Assembly (NCBI GenBank): GCA_903929315.1 | Contig: CAIYUC010000034.1 | Location: forward strand, 2,790-66,789 | Length of the DNA: 64,000 bases | Reading direction: 5' to 3' | From: an uncultured Bacteroidales bacterium | GTDB lineage: Bacteria > Bacteroidota > Bacteroidia > Bacteroidales > FEN-979 | Shown: in pieces, positions 1 through 9,500 of the stretch | Layout: every line of letters starts with the position of its first letter | How positions within the stretch are numbered: position 1 is the stretch's first letter | Translations under genes and position numbers: made by a program | Notes under the pieces: generated by a model | The model's input: only the letters and a program-made list of their open reading frames with translations | Told to the model about the DNA's origin: nothing | Databases searched by the model: none

Positions 1-258
1 TTTCTTCTTTTTCTTTTTCTTTCCAAATAATCTCTTTCCGGCTGAAATAACCTTTGATGTGATATTTGTTGTCAAGGCTATATCTTCTTTTATGTTTCGA
101 TAGACATTCCGGAAAGTCAACCGATTCAAAATCTGCCGGTAGTCAGATTGGATTTGATTTTCTTTTTTCAGGATGTCCGTCTCCAACCTGGCTTTCTCCA
201 GTTTCAGGTCTTCAAGGGACCTGATATTTCCAATAGTATGCGGGGATCTATTTTTCAT
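1..258 (-). CDS. hypothetical coiled-coil protein; the N-terminal part is seen and the gene runs off the window start
   Basis: My own minus-strand translation from the ATG at 258..256 gives MKNRSPHTIGNIRSLEDLKLEKARLETDILKKENQIQSDYRQILNRL...GKKKKKKK and stays open to position 1. The start overlaps the stop of 248..616 by 11 nt, suggesting translational coupling. The ORF is open-ended and is not in the supplied track. Confidence 0.35.
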   Translation of the reverse strand, partial: MKNRSPHTIGNIRSLEDLKLEKARLETDILKKENQIQSDYRQILNRLTFRNVYRNIKEDIALTTNITSKVISAGKRLFGKKKKKKK

Positions 259-616
259 GTTCGCTGGTTTCTTCCATTAAAATTTTAGACAATCGTTCGA
301 CCAAAGGGTTAATGAAGAGTTTATTCCGGAGCAAAAAGATAACCATTCCGATAATGATGTAAAATCCGGCAATGATCAAAGCTCCAACGTATGCCGCTCC
401 GGCATGATCGCGGAACCAAAAGATAAAGGCAAGAGAAAAAAACATCAATACGAAAAGGAAAAGAATAAAAAAGATCACCGACACCAGAAAGAATGACCCG
501 ATGGAGGCCATCTTCTCTGTTACGGTGAGTTTGAAAAGATCCAACCTGAGTTTTAGATAATCTTTGACATTCTCACTTAATTCTGAGAAATTCTCTGATA
601 TTGTTTGTGGTTCCAT
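248..616 (-). CDS. small membrane protein of the phage holin family / DUF1469 (YqjE-like)
   Basis: 122 aa with an amphipathic N-terminus followed by two long hydrophobic helices (FFLVSVIFFILFLFVLMFFSLAFIFWF and YVGALIIAGFYIIIGMVIFLL). It sits in a YtxH / holin-X-like / small-protein triad. Confidence 0.65.
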   Translation of the reverse strand: MEPQTISENFSELSENVKDYLKLRLDLFKLTVTEKMASIGSFFLVSVIFFILFLFVLMFFSLAFIFWFRDHAGAAYVGALIIAGFYIIIGMVIFLLRNKLFINPLVERLSKILMEETSEHEK

Positions 617-648
617 AAATTCTGTTTATTAATAATTGGGTTATTATT

Positions 649-684
649 CGTGACAATCGTGACAACCATGACAATCGTGACAGA
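649..684. repeat. 4 x 9-nt degenerate tandem array CGTGACAAN
   Basis: The units read cgtgacaat cgtgacaac catgacaat cgtgacaga. Confidence 0.9.
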
Positions 685-722
685 CATTTTTAATTATTGT
701 ATAAAACATAACAACTGAACTC

Positions 723-771
723 TAATGCCTAATGCCTAATGCCTATTGCCTATTATCTTGTGCCTTGTGCC
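723..771. repeat. 7-nt arrays: TAATGCC x3, TATTGCC, then CTTGTGC x2
   Basis: The units read taatgcc taatgcc taatgcc tattgcc tatt at cttgtgc cttgtgc. The word is the reverse complement of the GGCAATA array at 23465. Confidence 0.9.
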
Positions 772-779
772 TAAATTGT

Positions 780-1022
780 TTATTCATTTTCAGAAGGATT
801 TTCCAAAGGTTTTTCTTCTTCCTCTTGTGAAAATACGGATTGCATGGCACTGAGCTTATCGGAGATATCATCCTGCATATTGTCGGCTGCATGCATGATC
901 TTCTTTTTAAGCCTCTTGCGTGTTTTAGAGCCTTTAGCAGGGGCATAAAGTACCCCGATACCTACTCCGACTGCCAATCCGAACAGGCTGGCAAGAAGGA
1001 CTTTTGAACTGGATTTTGACAT
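780..1022 (-). CDS. YtxH domain-containing protein
   Basis: 80 aa with the typical YtxH N-terminus LLASLFGLAVGVGIGVLYAPAKGSKTRKRLKKK followed by an acidic tail. Confidence 0.75.
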   Translation of the reverse strand: MSKSSSKVLLASLFGLAVGVGIGVLYAPAKGSKTRKRLKKKIMHAADNMQDDISDKLSAMQSVFSQEEEEKPLENPSENE

Positions 1023-1042
1023 ACTATTTATTAATTAGTATT

Positions 1043-1066
1043 TATTTCATTATTTCATTAATTCAT
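1043..1066. repeat. 3 x 8-nt array TATTTCAT
   Basis: The units read tatttcat tatttcat taattcat and are followed by tgac tgac. Confidence 0.85.
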
Positions 1067-1094
1067 TGACTGACCCGGTTCTCCCAGGTTCTGT

Positions 1095-2198
1095 TCAAAT
1101 TTTATCTGTTATTTTCTGCACCAGCCTGAACTGGCTTAAAAACTCCTTGGCAAGTATTCGCAGCAAGCTATAAACGGGAACTGCAATGATCATCCCCAGG
1201 ATGCCAGCTATACTACCGGCAGCAATGATTACAATAAAGATCTCTACCGGATGTGCATGTACGCTTTTACCATAAATAAAAGGTCCGTAAAGAAAATTAT
1301 CCAGTATAATTACTGCAACAAATACAGTTACTATTTTCAGGATCAGGGGTCCGAGGGTTGCATAATCTCCTGCAGCGATAACGCTTGTCGCACCCAGCAG
1401 GACCCCCGTCAGAGCAGCTAAAATAGGACCTATGTAAGGGATGATGTTCACAATACCACCAAAAATGCCAATTATAACAGCGCCTTTAACACCAATAATG
1501 GTCAATCCGATTATATATGAGATAATCATCAGGATCACGTCAGCAAACAGACCTATGAAATATCTTGAAAGAAGGGTTCTGCTTTTAGACGTTACATTCC
1601 GGGTTTGTTCGTCATATTTCTCCGGCATAATGGCCAATAAAATTTTCAGAAATAAATTCTCATCATAGAGGAAGAAAAAGGACAGGAAAAGAATGGAAAA
1701 AATACTGAATAAAAATCCCCCGGTAACCGTTAGAAAATTACCCAGTAGATTTGAAAATGTAACCAGGCTGACCAATGATTTTATTTTGACATTCAGGAAA
1801 TCGGTCAACGTCATATGTTCAGGAAGCACTCCGAATTTTGACAACTGTGACTGAAGCCAGCCGAGGTTATCTTTATAATGGTCAAGCAATGCTTTTGTAT
1901 CGATACCGGAGAGCAAAGTGGCTTCCTTTACCGCAAGCGGGATAAAGAAAATAAAGAAGGCTGTCAAAATACAGAGAATAACGAGAAGGGAAATGAGGGC
2001 TGTCAGGGCACGGGGGAGCCTGAATTTACCAAATTTGATTTTTTCAAGCAGGTTGATAATCGGCTGACCCAGGATTGAAACAACGACTGCGACAAGGATA
2101 TAGGCAACAATATTTGAAAAATACCATAACAGAAAACCAATGATCAGTATTGTAAGGATGATGAAGAAGAGTCTGTATTCCTGGTAAAGGGTTTTCAT
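1095..2198 (-). CDS. AI-2E family transporter (PerM/UPF0118)
   Basis: 367 aa polytopic membrane protein. The N-terminal helices and the C-terminal HPVEIFIVIIAAGSIAGILGMIIAVPV segment are typical of PF01594. Confidence 0.85.
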   Translation of the reverse strand: MKTLYQEYRLFFIILTILIIGFLLWYFSNIVAYILVAVVVSILGQPIINLLEKIKFGKFRLPRALTALISLLVILCILTAFFIFFIPLAVKEATLLSGIDTKALLDHYKDNLGWLQSQLSKFGVLPEHMTLTDFLNVKIKSLVSLVTFSNLLGNFLTVTGGFLFSIFSILFLSFFFLYDENLFLKILLAIMPEKYDEQTRNVTSKSRTLLSRYFIGLFADVILMIISYIIGLTIIGVKGAVIIGIFGGIVNIIPYIGPILAALTGVLLGATSVIAAGDYATLGPLILKIVTVFVAVIILDNFLYGPFIYGKSVHAHPVEIFIVIIAAGSIAGILGMIIAVPVYSLLRILAKEFLSQFRLVQKITDKI

Positions 2199-2345
2199 GA
2201 AGACAGGATGAATAGCAGAATAAAATAGGTACTACAAATATAAACAATATTCATAAAGAAGAAAATAGGTTGATCATATTTTGATGCAATGAAAGAAAAA
2301 AGATATTGATAGAAAACTTGAGCACGTAGTTGCTTATTTAACTTT

Positions 2346-2432
2346 AACCACAATGAACACTAAGGAAGCGCAAAGGTCACAAAGAAAACTTTCATTGTGG
2401 TCATAGTGTATAACGTTGTGATCATTGTGGTT
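2346..2432. repeat. 87-bp palindromic element AACCACAATG...CATTGTGGTT
   Basis: The 10-bp termini are perfectly complementary. The interior is made of the words cacaaag, ggtcacaaag and cattgtg. It is related to 5078..5143. Confidence 0.85.
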
Positions 2433-2448
2433 ATATTTTCGCTGTTGG

Positions 2449-4983
2449 TTAGTTTCCAAATGGAAAGATCACCGAAACTTTACCTGCGAAATTGTCTCCC
2501 GGGTAGTTTAATGAATAGGGTCCCCAGCGGTAAAAAACGCCTATCCCCACAGTGTAGAGTTTCAGATTGACCAGGTTATTGATCAGAAGACCGGATTCAT
2601 AATAGCCAAGGTCCATAGGTTTCGGTCTTAGAAGGATCTGGGAATATCTTTCAGGTCTGTCAAGCCAGCCGAATCCGATATTCTGTGCAATTGCAAATTC
2701 AGGATGGAACCATTTCTTCCCTTTATACAGCAGCTTCCCGAAATCATGATAAAGAAAGATCGCTACGTATTTATTATCCAGGAATTCATTCATCCGCATT
2801 GTGGCAAAACTATAGGGTGCATATATCGTTATCAGGCGGTAGCTTGCAATTCCATAATAGATGTTACAAGCAGGAATGGGTTGGTCAACATAACCGGCGT
2901 TTACCTGGAAAGAAAACTTCCCGAAATACTTTAACATGAAGCTTTTCCTGATCCTTAAATCAAACCGGTTGTATTCAAACTGGCTATTCATGACACCTTT
3001 AATACCTCTGGCATATTGGAACCACAACACCGGATAGTTTGTCCCGAGTGAGATCTTATTATCGGCGGTTTGAATGAATTTCTCATCATATTCCCATTTG
3101 AATCCGGCCGTGACTTCACAGAAATGAAATGAGTTATAATATAACATCGTGTTGCTGTCGGTCGTTGCCAGATCATAGGTTGTCGATTTTTTATCTGAGT
3201 GTGAAACCCCAAGGTTAAGGAGAAGGTATTTCCTGAGCCGGAAAGTAAATGACAAGCTCGTATTTTGGGTCCAATCCATCTTTTTTACCAGCAATGGCTG
3301 CCAGTTTCCAGCGATAACAGGTTCAACGCCATCAAAGAAGCCTACCCCGCCTGATTCCAAAAGGTCGTTAAAATAGCTTGCCTTGATTGAAACATCATTC
3401 CTGCGATTCAACAGGAAACTGATATCGCCTCCATATTGTGAAGTGGAAACAGCAAATCCATACTGGTAATAACCTCCGATCCTGAACCATCTGAAAAGAC
3501 GATCATTGGTATGTACACCGGCTCCCAGAACAAGTCCTTCATAGGTAGTATAATTCACAATCTTGTCGAGATCAAAATCGAAGATCTTCCAGGGGATCCT
3601 TCCCGATAAAATGGTTTGGAATGTTTTGGCCATTTTATCGAAATGATTAGCTTTCCCGATACTGTCCAGCACTTCATAGGTTTTACGATCCTTCGATGTC
3701 AGGCTGTCTACCCTGTACTGATCCCAGAATTCGTCTTTTCTTGAGGTCGCATCTTTATCCACCTCGATGTCAAGGTGGTTAAATTCCCGTCTGACCAGTT
3801 CGGGGTTTAAAACGATGTCCCTGATATAGCTTCTTCCGCTGCCGATAGCCCGGTATTTTCCAACCCGCATGTTATTAAATGCCACATCCGTATTCAATTG
3901 CATGGGGAACCAAAACTCACCTTCCATGAGCTCATACAATTGCTGGATCCGGATGTTGAATCCACCTATATTCTCGTAAGGCTCTGCAATTACATTCTGA
4001 ATCCCCCATTTATTGGTATTTATGGATATAACCCCTTTCAATCCGTCAAAATTAGTTCCTTTCCTGGGCCTGAATTTTATAATGTAAACCGTATCTTTTC
4101 CTGAAAAGGTCGTATCTTCAAGTTTAAAGAAATATTTACTGAGACTTCCCCTGCTGATCGGATTGACATAAGTTTTCTGGAAGATCGTGATGAAGGGTTT
4201 ATAAAACGAGAATGACTGGATCTGGGTGGTCAGGAAAATAAAAATGGGATCTTTGAACCCCGACATCTTTGATGCAATGACCTGGTTATAATTTTTATCC
4301 GGATAAAGAAATTTTCTCTTTGTCACATTTTCCATTAAAAAGAGATACTGCTGCCTGATCAGTTTTGAAATAAAGAGATCAGCCGAATCTGTTTTCAGTG
4401 AATCCTGCCTTAACGAATCTATCTTTGGAGTGCCGGTACTGAAGCTTATTTCAATAGCGGCATCTCCTTTCATCTTAACCGTCGTATCACTCTTGAAATC
4501 CCTGTTAACGCTTGTATCAGCATCAATAGTGAAGATAGTTTTGTCATAGGAAGTATAAGAAAAGGATCTCAGTTTTTCAGGGTCATTGGTATCGCGGTTA
4601 TCAATTGCATGCTGGATGATCCTGTGTGCAGGGTTGATCCCTGGAAGGATCTCGATTTCTTTCAGTTCAACTTCCGTTTGTGTCATGGCGATAATGAGGT
4701 TCTGGTATTTTGAACCGACGGGGAAGGTCAATGGTTCATACCCGACATAAGACAGGGACAGGGATTTGATTTTCTGGGGATATTGAAGATGGAATTTTCC
4801 GTCAATGTCAGTTGTTCCTCCGGCACGGTTATTATCATTGATGATGATATTGACAAAAGCGAGTGGTTGTTTGGTAATGAAATCAATCACTTTACCTGAA
4901 ACAGAAGAATTGTTTTGCCCATCTGCCGGAAGGAAAAAACATATCGAAAACAACAGAATACAACACCGGGCCAGTTTATTCAT
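2449..4983 (-). CDS. DUF5686 protein with a carboxypeptidase-regulatory-like domain
   Basis: 844 aa with a signal peptide, then a CarboxypepD_reg-like SGKVIDFITKQPLAFVNIII...GGTTDIDGKFHL segment and a long beta-rich C-terminal part. Confidence 0.7.
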   Translation of the reverse strand: MNKLARCCILLFSICFFLPADGQNNSSVSGKVIDFITKQPLAFVNIIINDNNRAGGTTDIDGKFHLQYPQKIKSLSLSYVGYEPLTFPVGSKYQNLIIAMTQTEVELKEIEILPGINPAHRIIQHAIDNRDTNDPEKLRSFSYTSYDKTIFTIDADTSVNRDFKSDTTVKMKGDAAIEISFSTGTPKIDSLRQDSLKTDSADLFISKLIRQQYLFLMENVTKRKFLYPDKNYNQVIASKMSGFKDPIFIFLTTQIQSFSFYKPFITIFQKTYVNPISRGSLSKYFFKLEDTTFSGKDTVYIIKFRPRKGTNFDGLKGVISINTNKWGIQNVIAEPYENIGGFNIRIQQLYELMEGEFWFPMQLNTDVAFNNMRVGKYRAIGSGRSYIRDIVLNPELVRREFNHLDIEVDKDATSRKDEFWDQYRVDSLTSKDRKTYEVLDSIGKANHFDKMAKTFQTILSGRIPWKIFDFDLDKIVNYTTYEGLVLGAGVHTNDRLFRWFRIGGYYQYGFAVSTSQYGGDISFLLNRRNDVSIKASYFNDLLESGGVGFFDGVEPVIAGNWQPLLVKKMDWTQNTSLSFTFRLRKYLLLNLGVSHSDKKSTTYDLATTDSNTMLYYNSFHFCEVTAGFKWEYDEKFIQTADNKISLGTNYPVLWFQYARGIKGVMNSQFEYNRFDLRIRKSFMLKYFGKFSFQVNAGYVDQPIPACNIYYGIASYRLITIYAPYSFATMRMNEFLDNKYVAIFLYHDFGKLLYKGKKWFHPEFAIAQNIGFGWLDRPERYSQILLRPKPMDLGYYESGLLINNLVNLKLYTVGIGVFYRWGPYSLNYPGDNFAGKVSVIFPFGN

Positions 4984-5077
4984 GCAAATTCAAGAGGTTA
5001 TTTAGATAAACGGAGGAAGTTTGCGTTTATTCAAAACCAAAGGTAATAATCATTTTTTATACTCGAATTACTTATTT

Positions 5078-5143
5078 AACCACAATGTAAACACAATGGT
5101 CACAAAGAAAATCATTGTGTGCTTTGTATAACGCATTGTGGTT
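5078..5143. repeat. 66-bp palindromic element AACCACAATG...CATTGTGGTT
   Basis: It has the same termini, the same internal ggtcacaaagaaaa and gtataacg blocks, and the same tattta / tttt flanks as 2346..2432. Confidence 0.85.
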
Positions 5144-5254
5144 ATTTTTTAAAGGAGAGTTATTTTGGTAAAAGAAAATTTGGAAGAAATTAATCGTAAT
5201 ATTCATGTAAAATATAATGGTCTATCTTTGTTCCGCTTATTTTTTAAGTTGAAA

Positions 5255-6391
5255 ATGGAAGAATCAAAAGATACTTTTCCTTTGGTTGCAAAGACGATTT
5301 CAGGTTTGGAAGAACCGCTGTTTAAGGAGTTGGAAGCGTTGGGGGCGGAGAATTTGCAGCTCCTGAACCGTGCGGTCAGTTTCGAAGGTAATGAAGCGCT
5401 GATCTATCGGGCTAATTATTGCTGCCGGACCGCTCTCAGGATATTGAAACCCATCCATACATTCGACCTGAAGAAACAGGAGGATCTTTATGATCGTGTG
5501 AAAGAAATTTCATGGGAAGATTTGATCGATATCAGTAAGACAATGGCGGTGGATGCGGTAATCCATGACTCCGTTTTTACCAACTCGCAGTATGTTGCCC
5601 TTAAAACAAAAGATGCTGTCATTGACCGTTTACGTAATTTGTGGGGAGCAAGGCCATCCATTAATCTTGATCATCCAGACCTCCGGATCCATATTCATAT
5701 CAATAAAGAAACATGCACCGTTTCACTTGACAGCTCCGGTCAATCCCTTCATAAACGGGGTTACCGTCAAAGTACCGGTCAGGCTCCGCTCAACGAAGTC
5801 CTTGCAGCCGGAATGGTGATCCTGACAGGTTGGGACAAAAGATCCCCCTTCATCGATCCCATGTGTGGTTCCGGGACATTACTGATAGAAGCGGCAATGC
5901 TCGCACATAACATCCCACCGGGATATTTCAGAAAAGAGTTTGGTTTCGAATCCTGGAAAAACTTCGACGCAGAGTTATGGAATTCTATCAGAGAATTCGA
6001 AAATGAAAAGATCTCCCATCAGGCAATGTTAATAAAAGGTTCTGATGTGGCGCCAAGAGTTATCAAAGTTGCCGGAGAGAATATCCGGTTTACCGGTCTC
6101 CAGGATGTGATCAAACTGGAAGTTTGTTCCTTCGACAAGTCGGTTCCTTTTGAAGAAAAAGGCATTGTCCTGATGAATCCTCCGTATGACGAGAGGATGC
6201 GCCTGGATGATATCATCACTTTTTATAAAAGTATCGGCGATGTTCTGAAGAAAAAGTACACCGGCTACGATGCATGGGTCATTTCATCAGATCTGAGTGC
6301 TTTAAAATTTATAGGTTTACATCCTTCCAAAAAAATAACTCTGTTCAATGGCCCACTTGAGTGCCGGCTTGTCAGGTTCAGTCTTTATTAA
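5255..6391 (+). CDS. THUMP-domain class I SAM-dependent RNA methyltransferase (RlmL N-half / UPF0020-like)
   Basis: Motifs are FPLVAKTISGLEEPLFKELEALGA (THUMP family N-terminus), DPMCGSGTLLIEA (SAM binding) and MNPPYDERM (NPPY). The track start is a TTG at 5165. The ATG at 5255 (MEESKD...) fits the family N-terminus better. Confidence 0.85.
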   Translation: MEESKDTFPLVAKTISGLEEPLFKELEALGAENLQLLNRAVSFEGNEALIYRANYCCRTALRILKPIHTFDLKKQEDLYDRVKEISWEDLIDISKTMAVDAVIHDSVFTNSQYVALKTKDAVIDRLRNLWGARPSINLDHPDLRIHIHINKETCTVSLDSSGQSLHKRGYRQSTGQAPLNEVLAAGMVILTGWDKRSPFIDPMCGSGTLLIEAAMLAHNIPPGYFRKEFGFESWKNFDAELWNSIREFENEKISHQAMLIKGSDVAPRVIKVAGENIRFTGLQDVIKLEVCSFDKSVPFEEKGIVLMNPPYDERMRLDDIITFYKSIGDVLKKKYTGYDAWVISSDLSALKFIGLHPSKKITLFNGPLECRLVRFSLY

Positions 6392-6459
6392 AAATGCAGA
6401 TGCTCGATACTGGATACTCGATACTAGATTCGATGAAATGCAGAAATTCAAAATGCAGG

Positions 6460-6500
6460 AATGCAGTAATGCAGTAATTCTCAATTTGCAGGCTGATGAC
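6460..6500. repeat. 41-bp perfect direct repeat, copy 1 (downstream of P1)
   Basis: aatgcagtaatgcagtaattctcaatttgcaggctgatgac is identical to 10141..10181. Confidence 0.95.
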
Positions 6501-6506
6501 CCTTTG

Positions 6507-6535
6507 CTCGCGCGCGTTTCCGAACGCGTGCGTAG
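6507..6535. repeat. GC-rich REP-like hairpin, copy a
   Basis: ctcgcgcgcgtttccgaacgcgtgcgtag, with stem cgcgcgtt / aacgcgtg. It lies 3 nt after the P1 stop. Confidence 0.8.
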
Positions 6536-6537
6536 TT

Positions 6538-9500
6538 TTAATCTTTCAAACAACGCACAGAGAAGGCGTTTGACCTAAATGACGGATAAACCGATACACT
6601 CGGATCCGTATCGTTCATCCCATGAGCCCATGCCTTCGTTGTCCCATGTGCAGTTGATGACCAGAAGAACGTTGCAAACCCCTGATAATCCCACGTTTTG
6701 TTAAGGTGCTGGACGCCGGTAAGAAGAGCATTGAACCCAGAAAATCCTGAATATTTCAGCGGACTGGCTGCAAAACCATTGTTAATGTAATTTGCAAACA
6801 ATGTGTTCCAGTCAGTTTCTGTAGGAACGTGCCATCCAGGCGGGCAAAGCCCCTGGTTCGAGACGGTTTCGTCGTAATTCATAAGTTCATCCCATTGATA
6901 GTCGGCAGTCAGCAGTCCGCAGTTCGCAGTCAAGTCATTGTAGCAGTATTTTTCCGGAATGCAATTATCCCGTTGGGATGTATTTCCTGGGATCAGAATT
7001 CCATAACTAAGGTTCGCCGCCATCCAACACTGTGTACCAATAAGTATAGTTGGATATGTTTTGCCGTCTCTAACGTCAGTAATTGGATTGCTGCATGTGA
7101 AGGGAGCCAGGTTAATGGTGATCAGTGATCGGTGATCGGTGACTGTACATAGCGCGGCATTTGTGTAAGAATAATTTATCTGGTGAGTTCCGACACCTGC
7201 GACAGCGGGGTAAAAGATACCGTTTGAAACACCCGGGCCAGAGTATGTTCCGCCAAGGGGTATTCCGCCTTTTAATTTGAAAGGTTGTGCATTGGTTGTT
7301 GTGATTGAATCATTGCAAAGGACAAAGGTCACGATTGGAGCTGCAGCTACATTCATGGTGATCGTATTGCTGGTTGCCGGATTGTTCGATGTGCAGGTTG
7401 CATTGGAAGTCAGGATGCAGGATACCAGGTCGCCGGATACCGGATTGTAGGTGTACGTTGGATTATTTGTCCCGGTATTGACACCATTGACCTTCCATTG
7501 ATAAACAGGTGAACTGCCTCCGTTGACCGGAATGGCTGTGTATGTCACCGGAATCCCTGAACATACGGGATTAACAGAGGCTATTATCGATAAATCCACA
7601 ACCGAATTACTATGAATAACCATGAATAACTGATTGCTCGAAGCGGGATTGTTTGTTGTACACGTTTCACTTGAGCTGAGAATGCAACTTACAACATCCC
7701 CGTTATTTGGAGAATAAGAATAAACCGGGTTATTTGGGCCTGCATTGATCTCGTTGACTTTCCATTGATAGGAAGGTGAAGAACCACCATTGACTGGGGT
7801 TGCAGTGAACGTGACCGGAGTTCCGGAACATGAAGGATTAGCAGAAGCAGTTATCGACACATCTACAACCGAATAACTATTAATAACCATGAATAACTGA
7901 TTACTCGAAGCCGGATTATTGGATGTACAGGATTGATTTGAGCTTAGAACACAGATTACCATATCACCATTCAAAGGAGTATAACCATAAGTTGGACTAT
8001 TTGTTCCAACATTGATCCCGTTTACTTTCCATTGGTAAGATGGCGATGTGCCTCCATTGGTCGGGGATGCAGTAAAAGTAACCGGTGTTCCTGCACATAC
8101 GTTGTTTGCTGAAGCAGAAATGCTGACTTTCACCGAATCGCCGGCGTTCACTGTTACCTCAAAATTCACGGGGACTCCCGAACAATCGCCAAGTTTTGGA
8201 GTAATATGATAAGTCACAATTCCCGGAGTTGGAAGAGTATTGACCAATACCTGGTTGATGACGAGCCCTGAGTCTGCATTAAACCCAGTAATATTACCAC
8301 TGGTTAATGTGGCAGTCCAATGAAATGTTGCTCCGGAAATATTGGATATCAAAAATATGTTAGTGGATTGACCCGAGCAAATGGCTTTTGAAAGAGGGTT
8401 ATTGGCAATAGTTGGGGCAGGTGTGGCTGTGAGTTGAACGGTATCACTTCCAATACAACCATGGGAATTTGTTACCCATACCGCATAGGTTCCTGACTGG
8501 CCTGTTTTGAATGTTTGAGATGTCCCAACTATTAAACCTGACCCGAGGTCTTTCCACAAGTAAGTGCATCCCGAGCAGACGCCGGCATCAAATGTGGTGG
8601 AATCTCCTAAGCATATTATTCGATCTGCACCAAGAGCAACCTGCTGCCTTGGTAAAATAGTAATCGTTTTCCAGCAGGTATCAGTCCTGTTGTCAATATG
8701 CCTGACAAACAATTCTACCGTATAGGTTCCTGTATTGGAATAATTGTGGGTAGGATTTGTGAGGTTTGAAAAATTAAAAGCGCCTGAAACCGGGTCCCCG
8801 AAATCCCAGTGAACACTGTCGGCCGGAGGCCAGATAGCCGGGGTAAAATGGGTATTTTGTCCCGGGCATTGGCCCGTATCGTGAATAATTGCATAATACC
8901 GCTCCACATAGTCCGGCAATGCACGACCGCTTGATCTTCCCAGTAAGCTCAAAGCATCTCGCTGGTAGTTGCATGCGGCACCCGGTGAAGACGGATTATT
9001 TATAACACTCAGGGAATCTAATTCTATCGTTGAACAATATATCTTTCCGTCAGGAGCTAATTGCAGTCCAGGAGTATGAACTTCATTAGTAATGAGTATT
9101 GCACTATTTTTAAATTGAGCAGAATCTGTTATTGTCGCGTCAAATTGATACACAAATCCCCATGGGGACGTGCAGGAGCTTATTCCCGTTCCTGAAACAT
9201 AAAGATATCCGGAGTTGACGGAAAATTCTGCATTTTTAGGGATGACAGGATGATTACCACACATGGGAAGGGGTACAAGAAACAAAGGTGTGATCTGGCC
9301 ATTGGTTGAGTTGAAATTGCAGTACTCAAGGACCGAGTCATAAACTGCTGCAAGTTTTGTCCCGTCCCTGGATATTATGAGGCTCTGAATTACTGGAGAA
9401 GCCTGGGGAGGTGTGTACAATTGTACCCGGCTGCTACTGGACACAGGTGTGAAATTAATTCCTGAAGCGTTTACCAGGTATGATAAAAAATAATTATTCT

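Noticed and set aside
248-616. Does the 'phage holin family' gene mark a prophage?
   Set aside because: There are no phage structural, lysis or integrase genes nearby. The YtxH / DUF1469 / small-protein context matches the chromosomal YqjD-YqjE-YqjK type stress-membrane triad.
5165-5254. Long N-terminal extensions given by the ORF track here, and likewise at 17265..17375, 30773..30889 and 34621..34740.
   Set aside because: The extensions precede clear signal peptides or family N-termini, or overlap or crowd the divergent neighbour. The internal ATG starts at 5255, 17376, 30772 and 34620 are preferred.
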